Assembly (NCBI GenBank): GCA_977016875.1
Contig: CDRNST010000090.1
Span: 124,001-188,000 of the forward strand
From: Pavona decussata
Lineage: Eukaryota
Reading direction: 5' to 3'
DNA: 64,000 nt
A program made the translations under genes and the position numbers. Below are positions 1-11,589 of the stretch, in pieces (position 1 is the stretch's first letter; each line of letters begins with the position of its first letter). Under the pieces are notes generated by a model. That model saw only the letters and a list, made by a program, of their open reading frames with translations, was not told where the DNA came from and did no database searches.

Positions 1-1080
1 TTCCCTAAAAAAAACGCAAGGTACCATTCTGTCTTGTTGAGTCAGATTTGTACAGGACTGAAACTGCAAACCAAAAATATTTATAAAGAAGTTATAATGA
101 TATGCCTTTAACATTTCGCTCTAAAAATTTAGGGGTCTAGATGCGAAGTATAATACAACGAATTTCATATTCCTATATAATCATATAGGATTGACTCTAT
201 CCTATCATGGATGTTTTGGTGTGTAGTATTACTGCAAATAATATACAGCTGTTCCTTTACTAGTTGTACTGTATTTTGATGAGCCCTGCTGCCAAGTCAA
301 AATAGAAACAAAGAGTGGAAATATGCCAACAAAACATAGAAAATAAGAGATTTAAAAGAGAAGTAAAATGAGGAGCTGAAACAAAATGGGTGTGTTTACA
401 TGCTAGAAGACTAGTGTTTTTTGTAAATTGTAAGAGTAGTTTTTTACGGTTCAAGTAATTAATTGTTAGTGGAAATATCACACCAGTTCAAACTCATTTC
501 ACGCATTAATTAAACTATACTAAGTGAAATTGGATATCGAAAGCCAGTACTTAGGACTTTCAAATTATCTGGAAAAGCATTCCTCCATACATAACAATAT
601 TTTAAATTAGTTCAAATTAGCGGGGAATTTTAGTTAACCGAGTTTGAGTTAGCAGGGTCCTACTGTAAGTTGGAAATAAATCAATCTAATATTCACCCTG
701 AAATAAATCTGTGCTTTGGTGAACTTAGATCTCGGGCTGGACTTTGCCAGTAACTCCACTGTGCTATAGCAAGCCCTCTGACTTTCAGAGGGTGTCTAGG
801 CATTTAATTGCGGACAAATTAAAAATACCATTCAATTTTTTTAACATGCAGTACAATTACTTGATTTAACACTGATTTTCAAAACGTATAAGTTGGTCTT
901 AAGAGTACTGGTTGCTAGTATTAGTGCTAGTTGGAACTTGGAACATTCTATCAAAGTGTAAGCTTAGTTATTCAATTCAAGGAGGGGCAAATAGCATGAG
1001 GTTAAGTTGATATTTTTGTGACAGTAAGATCACAACACGTATAGAAATTTAGGCAGGAAAACTCATTGCTATTGGGAAAA
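1..1080. repeat. Local direct duplication, copy A (runs off left edge); partner 5385-6475
   Basis: Near-identical by eye from 'cgcaaggtaccattctgtcttgttgag' to 'tattggg..aaaa'. Covers the exon edge and intron of the Academ-like gene. Confidence 0.95.
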
Positions 1081-1215
1081 AAAGCCTGCTTGCTTGGTTG
1101 TTGGGTTGGGAGACTTTGGACTAGTACTCGGAGTTATATCCCTGGATTCCAGTTCTGATCCACTGCGGCTTTGATAGTGAACTATTTAGTACTTTGTCCC
1201 TTGCTAACACGAGTT

Positions 1216-2911
1216 TTATTTCATATCTCCCATTTTCAGTCCAGCCTTCTGAAGGTCCTCCTCTCTCTCTATTTCAAGCTTCAGCTTCTTTCTGGCCAAC
1301 AACAGATTTTCGATCTCAATGTCCAGCTTCCTGCTTTCTTTTTTCAAGACCTCCAACTGTGTTTCCTGGATGTCTTGGGTAAGTGACACCTTTTTGGTTG
1401 GAGTCCTTGACTTTAGAATTGTGGGCTTCACAGGAAGCTGTGGTGTTGATGTTGAAGGCTGTTGTTCAACGGGAAATGATGTAAGAGGAGGGGTGAGATC
1501 ATAATATATTAGGCAATCCACAGTTGGTTGCTGAATGTTATCACCTGGTGGTTCAAGGCGCATGACATGTGGGCATGTGATCACATGTAAGGGCTGAGTA
1601 AAAGGCTGAGCTGTGCTACTACTGCTTCCACATTCCAGTACAGAAATTGTGATCCCTAAGTCATTTTCAACGTTTTGGAAAAAATATTCATATTCTGCAA
1701 TCTGCAAAATCACATAAACTTTATCACTTTACGGTCACCAAGGCGCTGAGAAGCCATGTACGAAAAATGGTCATCAATGGATGAATTTCTTCGACAACAT
1801 ACGAACTGCCAAGGGAGCAGTTGCTCGCTTTCAGAGAGGAAATGTTTTGTAGACATTTTACTTGGTTTACGAATTCCAACATCACTAATATTGGCAATAT
1901 TAAAAGGAACAAATGCACAGAAAACATACAAAATTAATTCAAATGGAAATAATGTTGGCATTATAAAAGTGCTTTTGAAATACGTTATGAAAAATACAAA
2001 GGTGCATTCACCGGTTTTGATAGGTTTTTCCACAGGCCTAAACGTCACGAAACGTATTTTTTAAGGAGACAAAATGCAGGAACTAGCGACATTAACAAGA
2101 GTAGAAGCACAGAAACAATACAAAATTACTTCAAGTGGAATTAGGTAGTGAATAAAACTGAATTATTATGCGCACCGCAGAGCGACGGGCCATTTTATTT
2201 TCTTGCAGTCAGACACGTTTATATATAGTGGCTGAGTTAATTTTAAAAAACACAGTACTTCTACTCTAGCTAAAAAATAACAAACTAGTAGTTTAGGGGA
2301 AGGTATGGTTCAATTAAAAATTTTAATGTGTGGTCAGGTAATTTAACTTTTATCCTTGTAGTCCCGGTTGGAAGTTTACAAGTTCGGCGCACGTTTTAAA
2401 AGCTTGCGTGAAAAAAATAATCCAAATAGACATCAACAGTTAAGCTTCATTAAAAAACAGGTTCAACAAATACGATTCAGGACTTATGGCATTCGCGTTA
2501 CACATTCCCCTCCATAAAGAGGGGCCCAGACTGTAAACTATAAGTGTAAAAGTTCTATTGAATTGACCAAAATAATATAAAGGAAACAAGAGTGTTGCGA
2601 AGAGTAAGCTTAATTAAATTTATCCAACAACTTACTGGACTCGATTCCTCCCAAAATTCCAGACAACCACGGGTCATCCCCAAAAAACTGAATGATTTTC
2701 AATGTTTCTCCTTTCGGGGAATCAGGTTTTCTACCCCCACCTGTTTTCTTCCTCTCTGTTCCAACCTTACTGTGCTCTTTCTTCGCACAGCTGACCATGC
2801 CGTGCCACTTCTCTTTGATCTCGATCACGGACCTCTTACAAATTTCCAGAGAATTTACTCTCTCTGTAATTTGCTCCCATATTCTAATTTTGTTTTTGTT
2901 GTTAAGAGTGT

Positions 2912-2958
<47 letters not shown>

Positions 2959-3430
2959 GCGAGATACTCGGGTTTCCTATGGGTGGTGCCTACTAATACA
3001 GGAATATTTTTGCGCGGTTTAAACTATACAGATAAAGCAGAACTTAACAAATGCTTTTGGTATCTCAAAAGAAAATTGGGGGTAACCGTGCATTTTTTCA
3101 GAGATAATTAAGCTTCAATTTAGGAAAAAATCCCATACATTGCTTTATATTTTGGCGTTTTTTAGAGATATTATTGCTTAATTATATCTGAAAAATGCGT
3201 GGTTACCCCCAATTTTCCTTTTGGATTCCAATAGGCCTTGCTAAGATCTGCTTTTCTCGCATAGCCATAAACTGCACAAAAATACTTCGGTATTAGTAGG
3301 CACCGTCCTTAAGAACTTGCTTTTTATAATTTCGAGATTTTCTTCGGTCGCCTCTAAAATAATGGTGCATTCTGCCGCAGTGAAATTGGGCTTTCTCGCC
3401 CACTTTCCCGGTTCCGCGTTTTCCGCCATG
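1216..3430 (-). pseudogene. Myb/SANT-like DNA-binding protein of a PIF/Harbinger element, interrupted by a MITE
   Basis: Removing 2916-3308 plus one TTAA joins MAENAEPGKWARKPNFTAAECTIILE..IIKSKFL|NTLNNKNKIRIWEQITERVNSLEICKRSVIEIKEKW..ERKKTGGG in frame (Myb_DNA-bind_5-like). GT donor after 2636; 3' exon to 1216 ends in a coiled coil (QLEVLKKESRKLDIEIENL). Confidence 0.85.
2916..3308. mobile_element. Non-autonomous TTAA-targeting MITE (Kolobok-type GG..CC ends)
   Basis: TIRs GGACGGTGCCTACTA / TAGTAGGCACCGTCC; TTAA at 2912-2915 and 3309-3312; internal foldback repeats. Confidence 0.9.
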
Positions 3431-3489
3431 TTTGTTGACAAAAAATTTTTCGTGACGAGCGCGCTCCTATATTCACCATGGCAACGAAC

Positions 3490-3649
3490 CAGATAGCGGC
3501 TTATCCAGTGGATAGTTATCCATGGCACTATCCAGGCTTTATGCAACGACTTTTTATACACTGGATAACTATTGGGTGAACAGCGATTTTATGCGGGGGA
3601 TAGGCCTATCCACTGGATAAAGTTATCTGCTCTTTGAACAACCGGGGCC
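3490..3649 (-). mobile_element. Probable Harbinger terminus upstream of the Myb gene
   Basis: Ends TTTGAACAACCGGGGCC with repeated TATCCA(C/G)TGGATA subterminal motifs. Partner TIR not found in the window. Confidence 0.55.
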
Positions 3650-3859
3650 TGATCGATACACTAGAAAGAAAAGTCGCTTAAGGCATGCGGATTGTTATGA
3701 AAATGTACTGCGACTTCCAAGTTTTTTTGTTTGTTGCCATTAATGATTTATGGTTGCGAAATCTGACCTTGAATTGCATTGCCGTTGAACCAAGGTATTG
3801 TAAGCGACATTCGTTACGGGAGGCAAGATAGATTGTAACTATAACTATAATATTGTAAC

Positions 3860-3885
3860 TATTATTATTATTATTATCATTATTA

Positions 3886-3930
<45 letters not shown>
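3860..3930. repeat. (ATT)n microsatellite followed by an A-tailed segment (to ~4025)
   Basis: Direct reading. Confidence 0.95.
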
Positions 3931-3931
<1 letters not shown>

Positions 3932-4399
3932 TTTTTTGTAATTTAGGTTAGTATCTTAAGTTGGTATGGTTAGTATTGTAAGTAGAGTTTAGTATTCTAT
4001 AGTTAATAAAAATTAAAAAAAAAAAGATAGATTACATATTTTTTGAATCTCACGACAGTTTTGATTTGATAGAGTATTTTCTATTGGTTTGGCAACTCTG
4101 AAAAAACTTTGATTCTATCAAAAAGTTTCGGCCAAGATCACATCTACTTCGTTTGCATTTAATGCAACCACCTGTTTCATTGGTTTCTTGTTCTTCTCTT
4201 CTGTATTTCGATGGTGCGAAGATTTTTTCGAATTTTTTGTTCTACGAAACGAGGGAATAATTGAATTAAATAGAAAATATTATTTTAATTTGGGTTTGGA
4301 TTGTAGCAAGGGCAAATGCTTCCTGATGACGTAGTCTATGTTAGGTAGGTAAGGATGAAATGTCATGTCAATAGTGGAAACAGTTTTCTGCTCTCCCTG

Positions 4400-5439
4400 G
4401 TTCAGGGCACAAGCAGGTCATCTCTAGGAATGACCGATGCTTTGAGGAATTGCTCCTTTACGAGTGTTTTAGGGTAGCCCTGATTAACAAGGTACCTTTC
4501 ATATTCCGGAATTCTCCTGTCTCAAAAATTCTGATCTGAGCAATTTCTACAGGGCGAGGCCCATAACAGTGGTCACAGACATGCCGGAAATGTCACGGGT
4601 CTGTATTACGTGCCATTTTTTGAAATAGTGTATGTTGGATTGCCTCCTAGGTTTTGTTAGGACCCATTCCCTGTACAATGTTTTTTAGGTTCTGCCACAA
4701 ATCTCCCTGAGCAAATCACCCTCGATAATTTTGCCTGCCCCACCATGCCTTTTGACAAACTTGCCCCAGGTTAAACGGTGTGCCAGTTGAGGACCCAAAA
4801 AGTACTGTGTCTGAGCAATGTTTGTAAAGAACTCAATGGCATTCTTAGAGAAGATAGTTTGAAGTTTGCAGTACTGCATATGAGGCGTTTCCTCATCCCA
4901 TTACAGCAGTTCTCATCTCCTTCCCTGATAGCATCAATCCAGTTCATCAAGAAAACAGTCAGCTCTAAAACTGTGTGACCAATCATTGTTCACACGGTCT
5001 GGTTGAAAGTTTCCTCGCTTCTCTGCAATTTCTTCAGTTAGTGAAGGAGCAGTACCATACCAGTGGTCATAGTTTGTTGCGTTTGTTTGGCTTGCCAGTT
5101 TCAATACTTCTGTTTGTTGCCACAACTCCTCTCGTGCAGGATCTGTCATTACAAATTTATCCACAAATCGCCCAATTATGAATGACTTCTTCACTTGCAT
5201 GCTTCGGTGTTGTGCATTCTCTGGTATTTGGTTTTTGCTTGGCTTTGTGCTGATATCTGTCATCCCCCAAAACTCGAGGGCGGCTTCCGTGATGCGTGCC
5301 AGTCTTACACTCAACAGAAGCTGCTCGCAACTCTCATATGAATTGGTGACCTTTTCTGGTGTGATATTATATCTTGCAATATCGTGCCCTAAAAAGCGCA
5401 AGGTACCATTCTGTCTTGTTGAGTTAGATTTGTTTAGGA
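4400..5439 (-). pseudogene. Academ-like (DUF6589-type) transposase exon, frameshifted
   Basis: Motifs ARITEAALEFWGM, NWIDAIREGD, LAHRLTWGKFVKRHGGAGKIIEGDLLRE across three frames; AG acceptor near 5440. Confidence 0.7.
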
Positions 5440-6475
5440 CTGAAAAGATAAACTGCAAACCAAAAATATTTATAAAGAAGATTAGTAATGATATGCCTTT
5501 AACATTTCCCTCCAAAAATTCAGTGCTCTGGATGCGAAGTATAATACAACGAATTTCATATTCCTATATAATCACATAGGGTTGACTCTATCCTATCATT
5601 GATGTTTTGGTGTGTAGTATTATTGCAAATAATACACAGCTGTTCCTTTACTAGTTGTACTATATTTTGACAAGCCCTGCTGCCAAGTCAAAATAGAAAC
5701 AAAGAGTGGAAATATGCCAACAAAACATAAAAAATAAGAGATTTAAAAGAGACGTAAAATGAGGAAATGAAACAAAATGGGTCTGTTTACATGCTAGAAG
5801 ACTAGTATTTTTTATAAATAAATTTGTAAGAGTAGTTTTTACGGTTCAAGTAATTAATTGTTAGTGGAAATACCACACCAGTTCAAACTCATTTCACGCA
5901 TTAATTAAACTATACTAAGTGAAATTGGATATCGAAAGCCAGTACTTAGGACTTTCAAATTATCTGGAAAAGCATTCCTCCATACATAACAATATTTTAA
6001 ATTAGTTCAAATTAGCGGGGAATTTAGTTAACTGAGTTTGAGTTAGCAGGGTCCTACTGTAAGTTGGAAATAAATCAATATAAAATTCACCCTGAAATAA
6101 ATCTGTGCTTTGGTGAACTTAGATCTCGGGCTGGACTTTGCCAGTAACTCCACTGTGCTATAGCAAGCCCTCTGACTTTCAGAGGGTGTCTGGACATTTA
6201 ATTGCGGACAAATTAAAAATACCATTCAATTTTTTTAACATGCAGTACAATTACTTGATTTAACACTGATTTTCAAAACATATATGTTGGTCTTAAGAGT
6301 ACTGGTTGCTAGTATTAGTGCTAGTTGGAACTTGGAACATTCTATCAAAGTGTAAGCTTAGTTATTCAATTCAAGGAGGGGCAAATAGCATGAGGTTAAG
6401 TTGATATCTTTGTAACAGTAAGATCACAGCACGTATAGCGATTTAGGCGGGAAAAGTCGATGTTATTGGGGAAAA
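5385..6475. repeat. Local direct duplication, copy B (partner 1-1080)
   Basis: See copy A. Confidence 0.95.
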
Positions 6476-8126
6476 CAAATTAGTCTTGCTTTTGCTGTTA
6501 TTTCACTTTTATTTTTATTGTCAATTCATAATAAAAATGTTGTTTTGTTTTGAAAAAAGGAATAAAATGAATCTGCTTCCAGTTCAATGAAAAACAAAAC
6601 AATTTTACGTGTTCCTTTCGCTTTATTTTTAATGCAAAATAATATTATTACACTTCAATCTAAAATTAACAAGTTTATGTGGTTTCGACGAATCGCAGTT
6701 GTCTGCCACTATAGACCTGCCATCAAACTAATGTGAATATTATGCCTGGGAATAGCAGACTGCTGCTTAGACTTCTTCTACATTGATATGCGGTCTCCAT
6801 GGAATGACCTAGGGCCATAACATTTAAGGGCATCATTCGCCTTCTTTAATGAGTCAATTTTGTATGCAAGGAGGCCAATGGAAGTCAAAAGCTGCTCAGT
6901 GTTGCGCATTTCCATGTGCAATGCACATAACTGAATGTGACTCAGATCCTCATCTTAGAGGAATAACAAGTCATCCCTAATACCACTTGACCTAAAGACA
7001 AATATAAATAAAGTCATAAGTGATGTAACTTACTATAAACCTGAGAAACTCATAATGGTGATCAAAACTTGAGTCTGGTTTCTGTAGCCTATCTATGAAT
7101 GGAATGCTTGCCCAGAGAAGAACTACCCTCTGCATTAAACTACATGTAGATTTCTTTTGAGGTCCCATAGCGAAGATTTCAAAATTACTTTAAGGGTTGG
7201 ATAACTAGCACTGGTCAGAGGAAGATAAACAAAAAACCATAGACTCAATCTACACAAGGAAACATATGAACAGAGGAAAATCATTGGTGTATTGGACTAA
7301 GAACCCTCAGTAGAGTGTTGGAGAACTGATTTTGCTCCACAATGCGGCAAAATGTACTTCTCAACATGTTGACCATATACGTTCTCGTTTATTCTCTCTG
7401 ACCACAAGGGCCTATGGGGGGTTTACACCCACTTGGGGTCTGGGCGCTAACTATCACACATGCAGTTTGTTTTCCGATGTTACAGGAAGACACTCCATAG
7501 AGAACTTATGGTACAGGCCAAGGACTGCATCTTTCTTGTAATTGTCAACCTTTTCTCCTTCTAAAACACTACAAAGAACATCTCTCTCAAACTGTGTGGT
7601 GTACTGTGCAGGGTCTTAAAGGGGATGTCCCCGGTGCCCTGGGTTTTTTTTGCTGTGGATCCCGGAGCCTGCTCATTTCTCTGCCTGGAGTCCTGATGGT
7701 TACTAGCTGTGGAGCCCGGAGCCCAAATATTAAAATCTGCATTGCTTGTATTTGCCGACAGCTAGTAAATTGAATCTAGAGAGGAGAAAGTGCAACAAAT
7801 TATACAAAACATCCATTCTTTTTGGCATTTGTCCGGTGTGTAACGTAATTATTGCACTCTGATTGTATTTCTTAATCCAAACACTTGCCCAGACTCTCAC
7901 GCTGGATTAGAGCGTCATTTTCATATTGCACTCCTTGGTTTTCAAATTATGTTAAAAACGTACAGGTTAATCAGTTGCTAACTTGCTCTCAAGAAAATAT
8001 AACTCTCGGCAGGCAAAGTTCATCTTTATCACCACATACAGGAGGCTTTCGATATTGCCAATCACAGTTGTCTGTAGAACGAGTGTTGTATATTGATCAA
8101 TTGTGGCCTACAGGTAGCTCACGGTG

Positions 8127-8230
8127 AGTTCTCCCTGTAGCTCAGTGCTTAGGTTGGACTCCCCTCTGGGGCTCAAATGTTTGTTCATTGTCCAACGCTT
8201 GCGACAAACTGAATAATATTTTTCATCTCA
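8127..8230 (+). mobile_element. Degenerate tRNA-derived SINE fragment
   Basis: A-box-like TAGCTCAGTG and a SINE-like tail (ttgtccaacgcttgcgacaa). No cloverleaf. Confidence 0.45.
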
Positions 8231-8789
8231 TCTCTTATGTCCTATCTTTTATGTTCCTATCAAGAGTTATTTCTGTGTCTCTGTTGACCAGGGCCGATGA
8301 TGTTTCGGTGAAAGACAGATAACACATTAAATAAAAACATAGTTGCTGTCTTTGACTTGTTTCCTTGATCTTGTTGATTTTCAGGTTGAGATTTCTTCTG
8401 ACCCACTCTTAGTCTCGTCTTCTTTTCGTGCAATTAGTGCCCTTCCTGTCGGTGTTGTGCTGTCACCTTGACGTAATGCCAACATCATTGTTTTTTCACA
8501 CCATTCTTCTTCAAACCTAATCATTCCCTCTTCCACATCCACACATGCTATTCCATATTCAAGGATTTCCTCTGATACCACAGTTCTGTTCTCGATGCCA
8601 GAATATATGTAGGGCGACTTTCCATAAAATGATCAAGTGCACTGTACATCAAAGGAAATGAGACTAATCCAAAAAAAAAAAATTAACAATGGTTTCAACA
8701 AAACATTTTAAAATAAATAAAAGATAAAGTTCAATAGAAACCAACTTGATTTCAATAATAAGCTAACTTAATATAATTTGTCTTTAAAA

Positions 8790-9990
8790 GCTGCTTAAAA
8801 CGATTAACGTTGGCTTCATTCCTTACTTCTAATGACAGTCCATTTCACATCCTTGGTGCTGCTACTGCAAATGCCCGATCTCCTAAAGACTTTTTTGTTA
8901 TACCTCCAGATGCTAATAACAAAATACCGTCATTTGATCGAAGGCTGTAGTTGACTCCGACAAGCAAATGAAGATTGCAATCCAAAGAATTCAGAATACA
9001 CACATCGGCTTCTTTTATGAATATTTTCTTCAAGAACTCTCCTTTTGGGTTCGGGCTGTTCTTGATAAATGCAACATTGATTTCTTTGCTTGTTTCCACA
9101 ATACATTGCTGAGTCTCATCAAACTGGATTCCAGGTTTCACTTGCATTTTATCTTCCATTGCAACTACCGGTATGACATGAACTGATTTATGATCAAAGC
9201 GGGAAGTTTTAGCTTTTTTCCTAGCTCAGTGAATGCTCGAAGGAGGTGCTTGTGTATACCACACCTTGTTGTGTATCCGCAGGAATTCTTTATCACGTGG
9301 GTGCTGCTGGCAATGGCAAGTTCCAAAGCTTTTGGATCCACACTTGCCTTCCCATGGTGACCAGGTCCCCTGAGCAAGTTCAACACTGAGTCCTGGCCAT
9401 AAAATGCAATTGTTTCCACAAACTGAAAAATTTTGGGGTCCCTTACTAAATCATTTGTACTTTCTAGCCTTGAACGTGCATAAAGAACTGCAATCTTGAT
9501 AAGTAAGTAGAACATGTGGTCATTTGGTAAGAGCTTCGAATCAAGAAGATGTTGCAGCATTTTTACGATCAGGTCTGTGTATACAAACCTCCTTGAAGTA
9601 AAATAGAAAATTAAAGCGTTTCAGATCATCTAGGAAGTCAACTTTTGTACCCATCAAGACACAAAGAAGATTTACTTGCAACAGTATGCAAGTTGGGCAG
9701 GCAAGGATAGTGTTTTGCAGTAGCTCATTTTTGTTTGCTTAACATATGTGTATAATACCAGGGATCAGAAATTATAACTCTACATAAACCTCGTCAATCT
9801 CCATGGCTGAAAAGTAAGAATTTTTATTGATCTATTTAAAGTAAGTGGTAACATGAGGAGTGGTCTCCCAGACTCAACCATACGTAATATGTCCATCCAA
9901 CATTAATTCCAACTATCAATAGAAATTAAGAGAGAAGATTGCAATAATGAGAACACAAAGCAAACAATTAACTATTTATTTCTTGAAGAA
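8790..9990 (-). repeat. Deleted duplicate of 10920-13990 (L2 tail fused to a P-like transposase exon)
   Basis: 8790-8950 matches 10920-11085; 8950-9990 matches ~12926-13990. ORF 8845-9159 is chimeric (..LLVGVNY|SLRSNDG..LGDRAFAVAAPRM). Confidence 0.85.
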
Positions 9991-10179
9991 ATTCATCAGG
10001 CTAGATAACTGAACATTCGATTTAAGTGTTCTTACAACATAACCAGTCTTATATCAACGTCTTATTAATGCTGACAGTTTTGATGACTGTCAGCCATCTT
10101 TATCAAAACTTGAAAAGCATGAAAAGTGTCAGAAGCCTTAAATAGGCTTTTGAAGGTGTTAATTCAAGCGATGGATTAA

Positions 10180-10225
10180 ATAATAATAATAATAATAATA
10201 ATAGTAATAATAATAATAATAATAA
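10180..10225. repeat. (AAT)n microsatellite
   Basis: Direct reading. Confidence 0.95.
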
Positions 10226-10914
10226 CCTTAGCCCCTGTTGAATTTCGTCATTGTGGGGATGAATGGTCGCTACGTCTTTATCTGTAAGGTCAAGATGAGA
10301 ATCTGAATTATAGTTGCTTGTTGTGGGTGATTCGAAATCACTATCAGTTTAACTGAGAGCTAGTTCTGAAGGTTTCCAAACTGTAAGAAATGGCATAACA
10401 TGTTCAGTTAAGTCTTGACAGTCCAGCCATTCAGATGAATCGGTATATTAAAGTTAGTTTCAGTAGTATCTTTAGCAACGTTTGTGGTATCCCAGGAGCC
10501 ATGGTATGGAATCCCAAACATATGAGTTCCCAAGTCTCCACTGATTATAATCAGTAGGTAGAGGGAGGTTTAACGTCTATGGGTAGAGAAGTAGTTGTGT
10601 GTAGAATATAAAATCATTAGTAAAATAGTTAACGTAGCACAACTGAGCAAGGATGTTTCTAATCTGGTACCAGATCAATGCCTGACATCCTCTGCGCCGC
10701 GCCCTTGTGGAAGAAAATTTGGGAGAGAAGAAATAAAGATAGCCTCAAGAGGGAATGAAACATAGGAGATATATATTCACATGTATACTCGATGTAAATT
10801 ATGATTATGGTGCCGGGAAGAAATTAAAAGGAACATATGAAAACGATGGGAGATAAGGTTAAATTGTAACTACGCAAACTTATTAATATGGAGAGTTAGG
10901 TTTAGGGGAGATTA

Positions 10915-11580
10915 ATTAAAAGCTGCTTAAAAAGATCAACATTCGCCTCATTCCTTACTTCTAATGGCAGTCCATTCCACATCCTCGGTACTGCTACTGC
11001 AAATGCCCAATCTCCTAAAGACTTTTTTGTTATACCTCCAGATGCTAACAAAAAAATACCGTCATTTGATCAAAGCCTGTGGCCGGATTTTGCCTTGACA
11101 TGCACTAGATCACAAAAATATTTGGGTGCAAGGGCATATATAGATTTAAATGTATAAAGGGCTATTTTGTAGTCTATTATATAACTAGCCGGTAACCAAT
11201 GTAGATTAAACAAGATTGGTGTGATATGACTATGTCTTGGAGATAACATGACCATTCTCCCTGCAGCGTTCTGGAGTCGTTGTAACTGTGACAAATATAC
11301 ACTTTGGACTCCAACAAGTAGGCTATTGGAATAATCAATTCGCGCCATAATTGCAGATTGAACTAGGGCTTTAGTACTGTCTAAGGACAGAAACGTCCTG
11401 ATGCGCCATATATTGTGAAGATGGTAAAAACATGATTTGCATATTACATTTATATGATTTATCATTCCAAGGTTTGAATCAAAATAGGCCCCTAAATTCC
11501 TAACATGTGATAACAGAAATACTAGTATTGCCGGTGATATGATCGAGTCTGTCTTTGTTAAATTGCTGACTGCTGTAAAT
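10915..11580 (-). mobile_element. 5'-truncated L2/CR1-group LINE, ORF2 C-terminus
   Basis: CFYHLHNIWRIRTFLS..RIDYSNSLL..LQRLQNAA..HITPILFNLHWLP..YKIALYTFK, followed by an RxFxxAxPRxWN-type tail. Confidence 0.9.
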
Positions 11581-11589
11581 TTGCCGACC

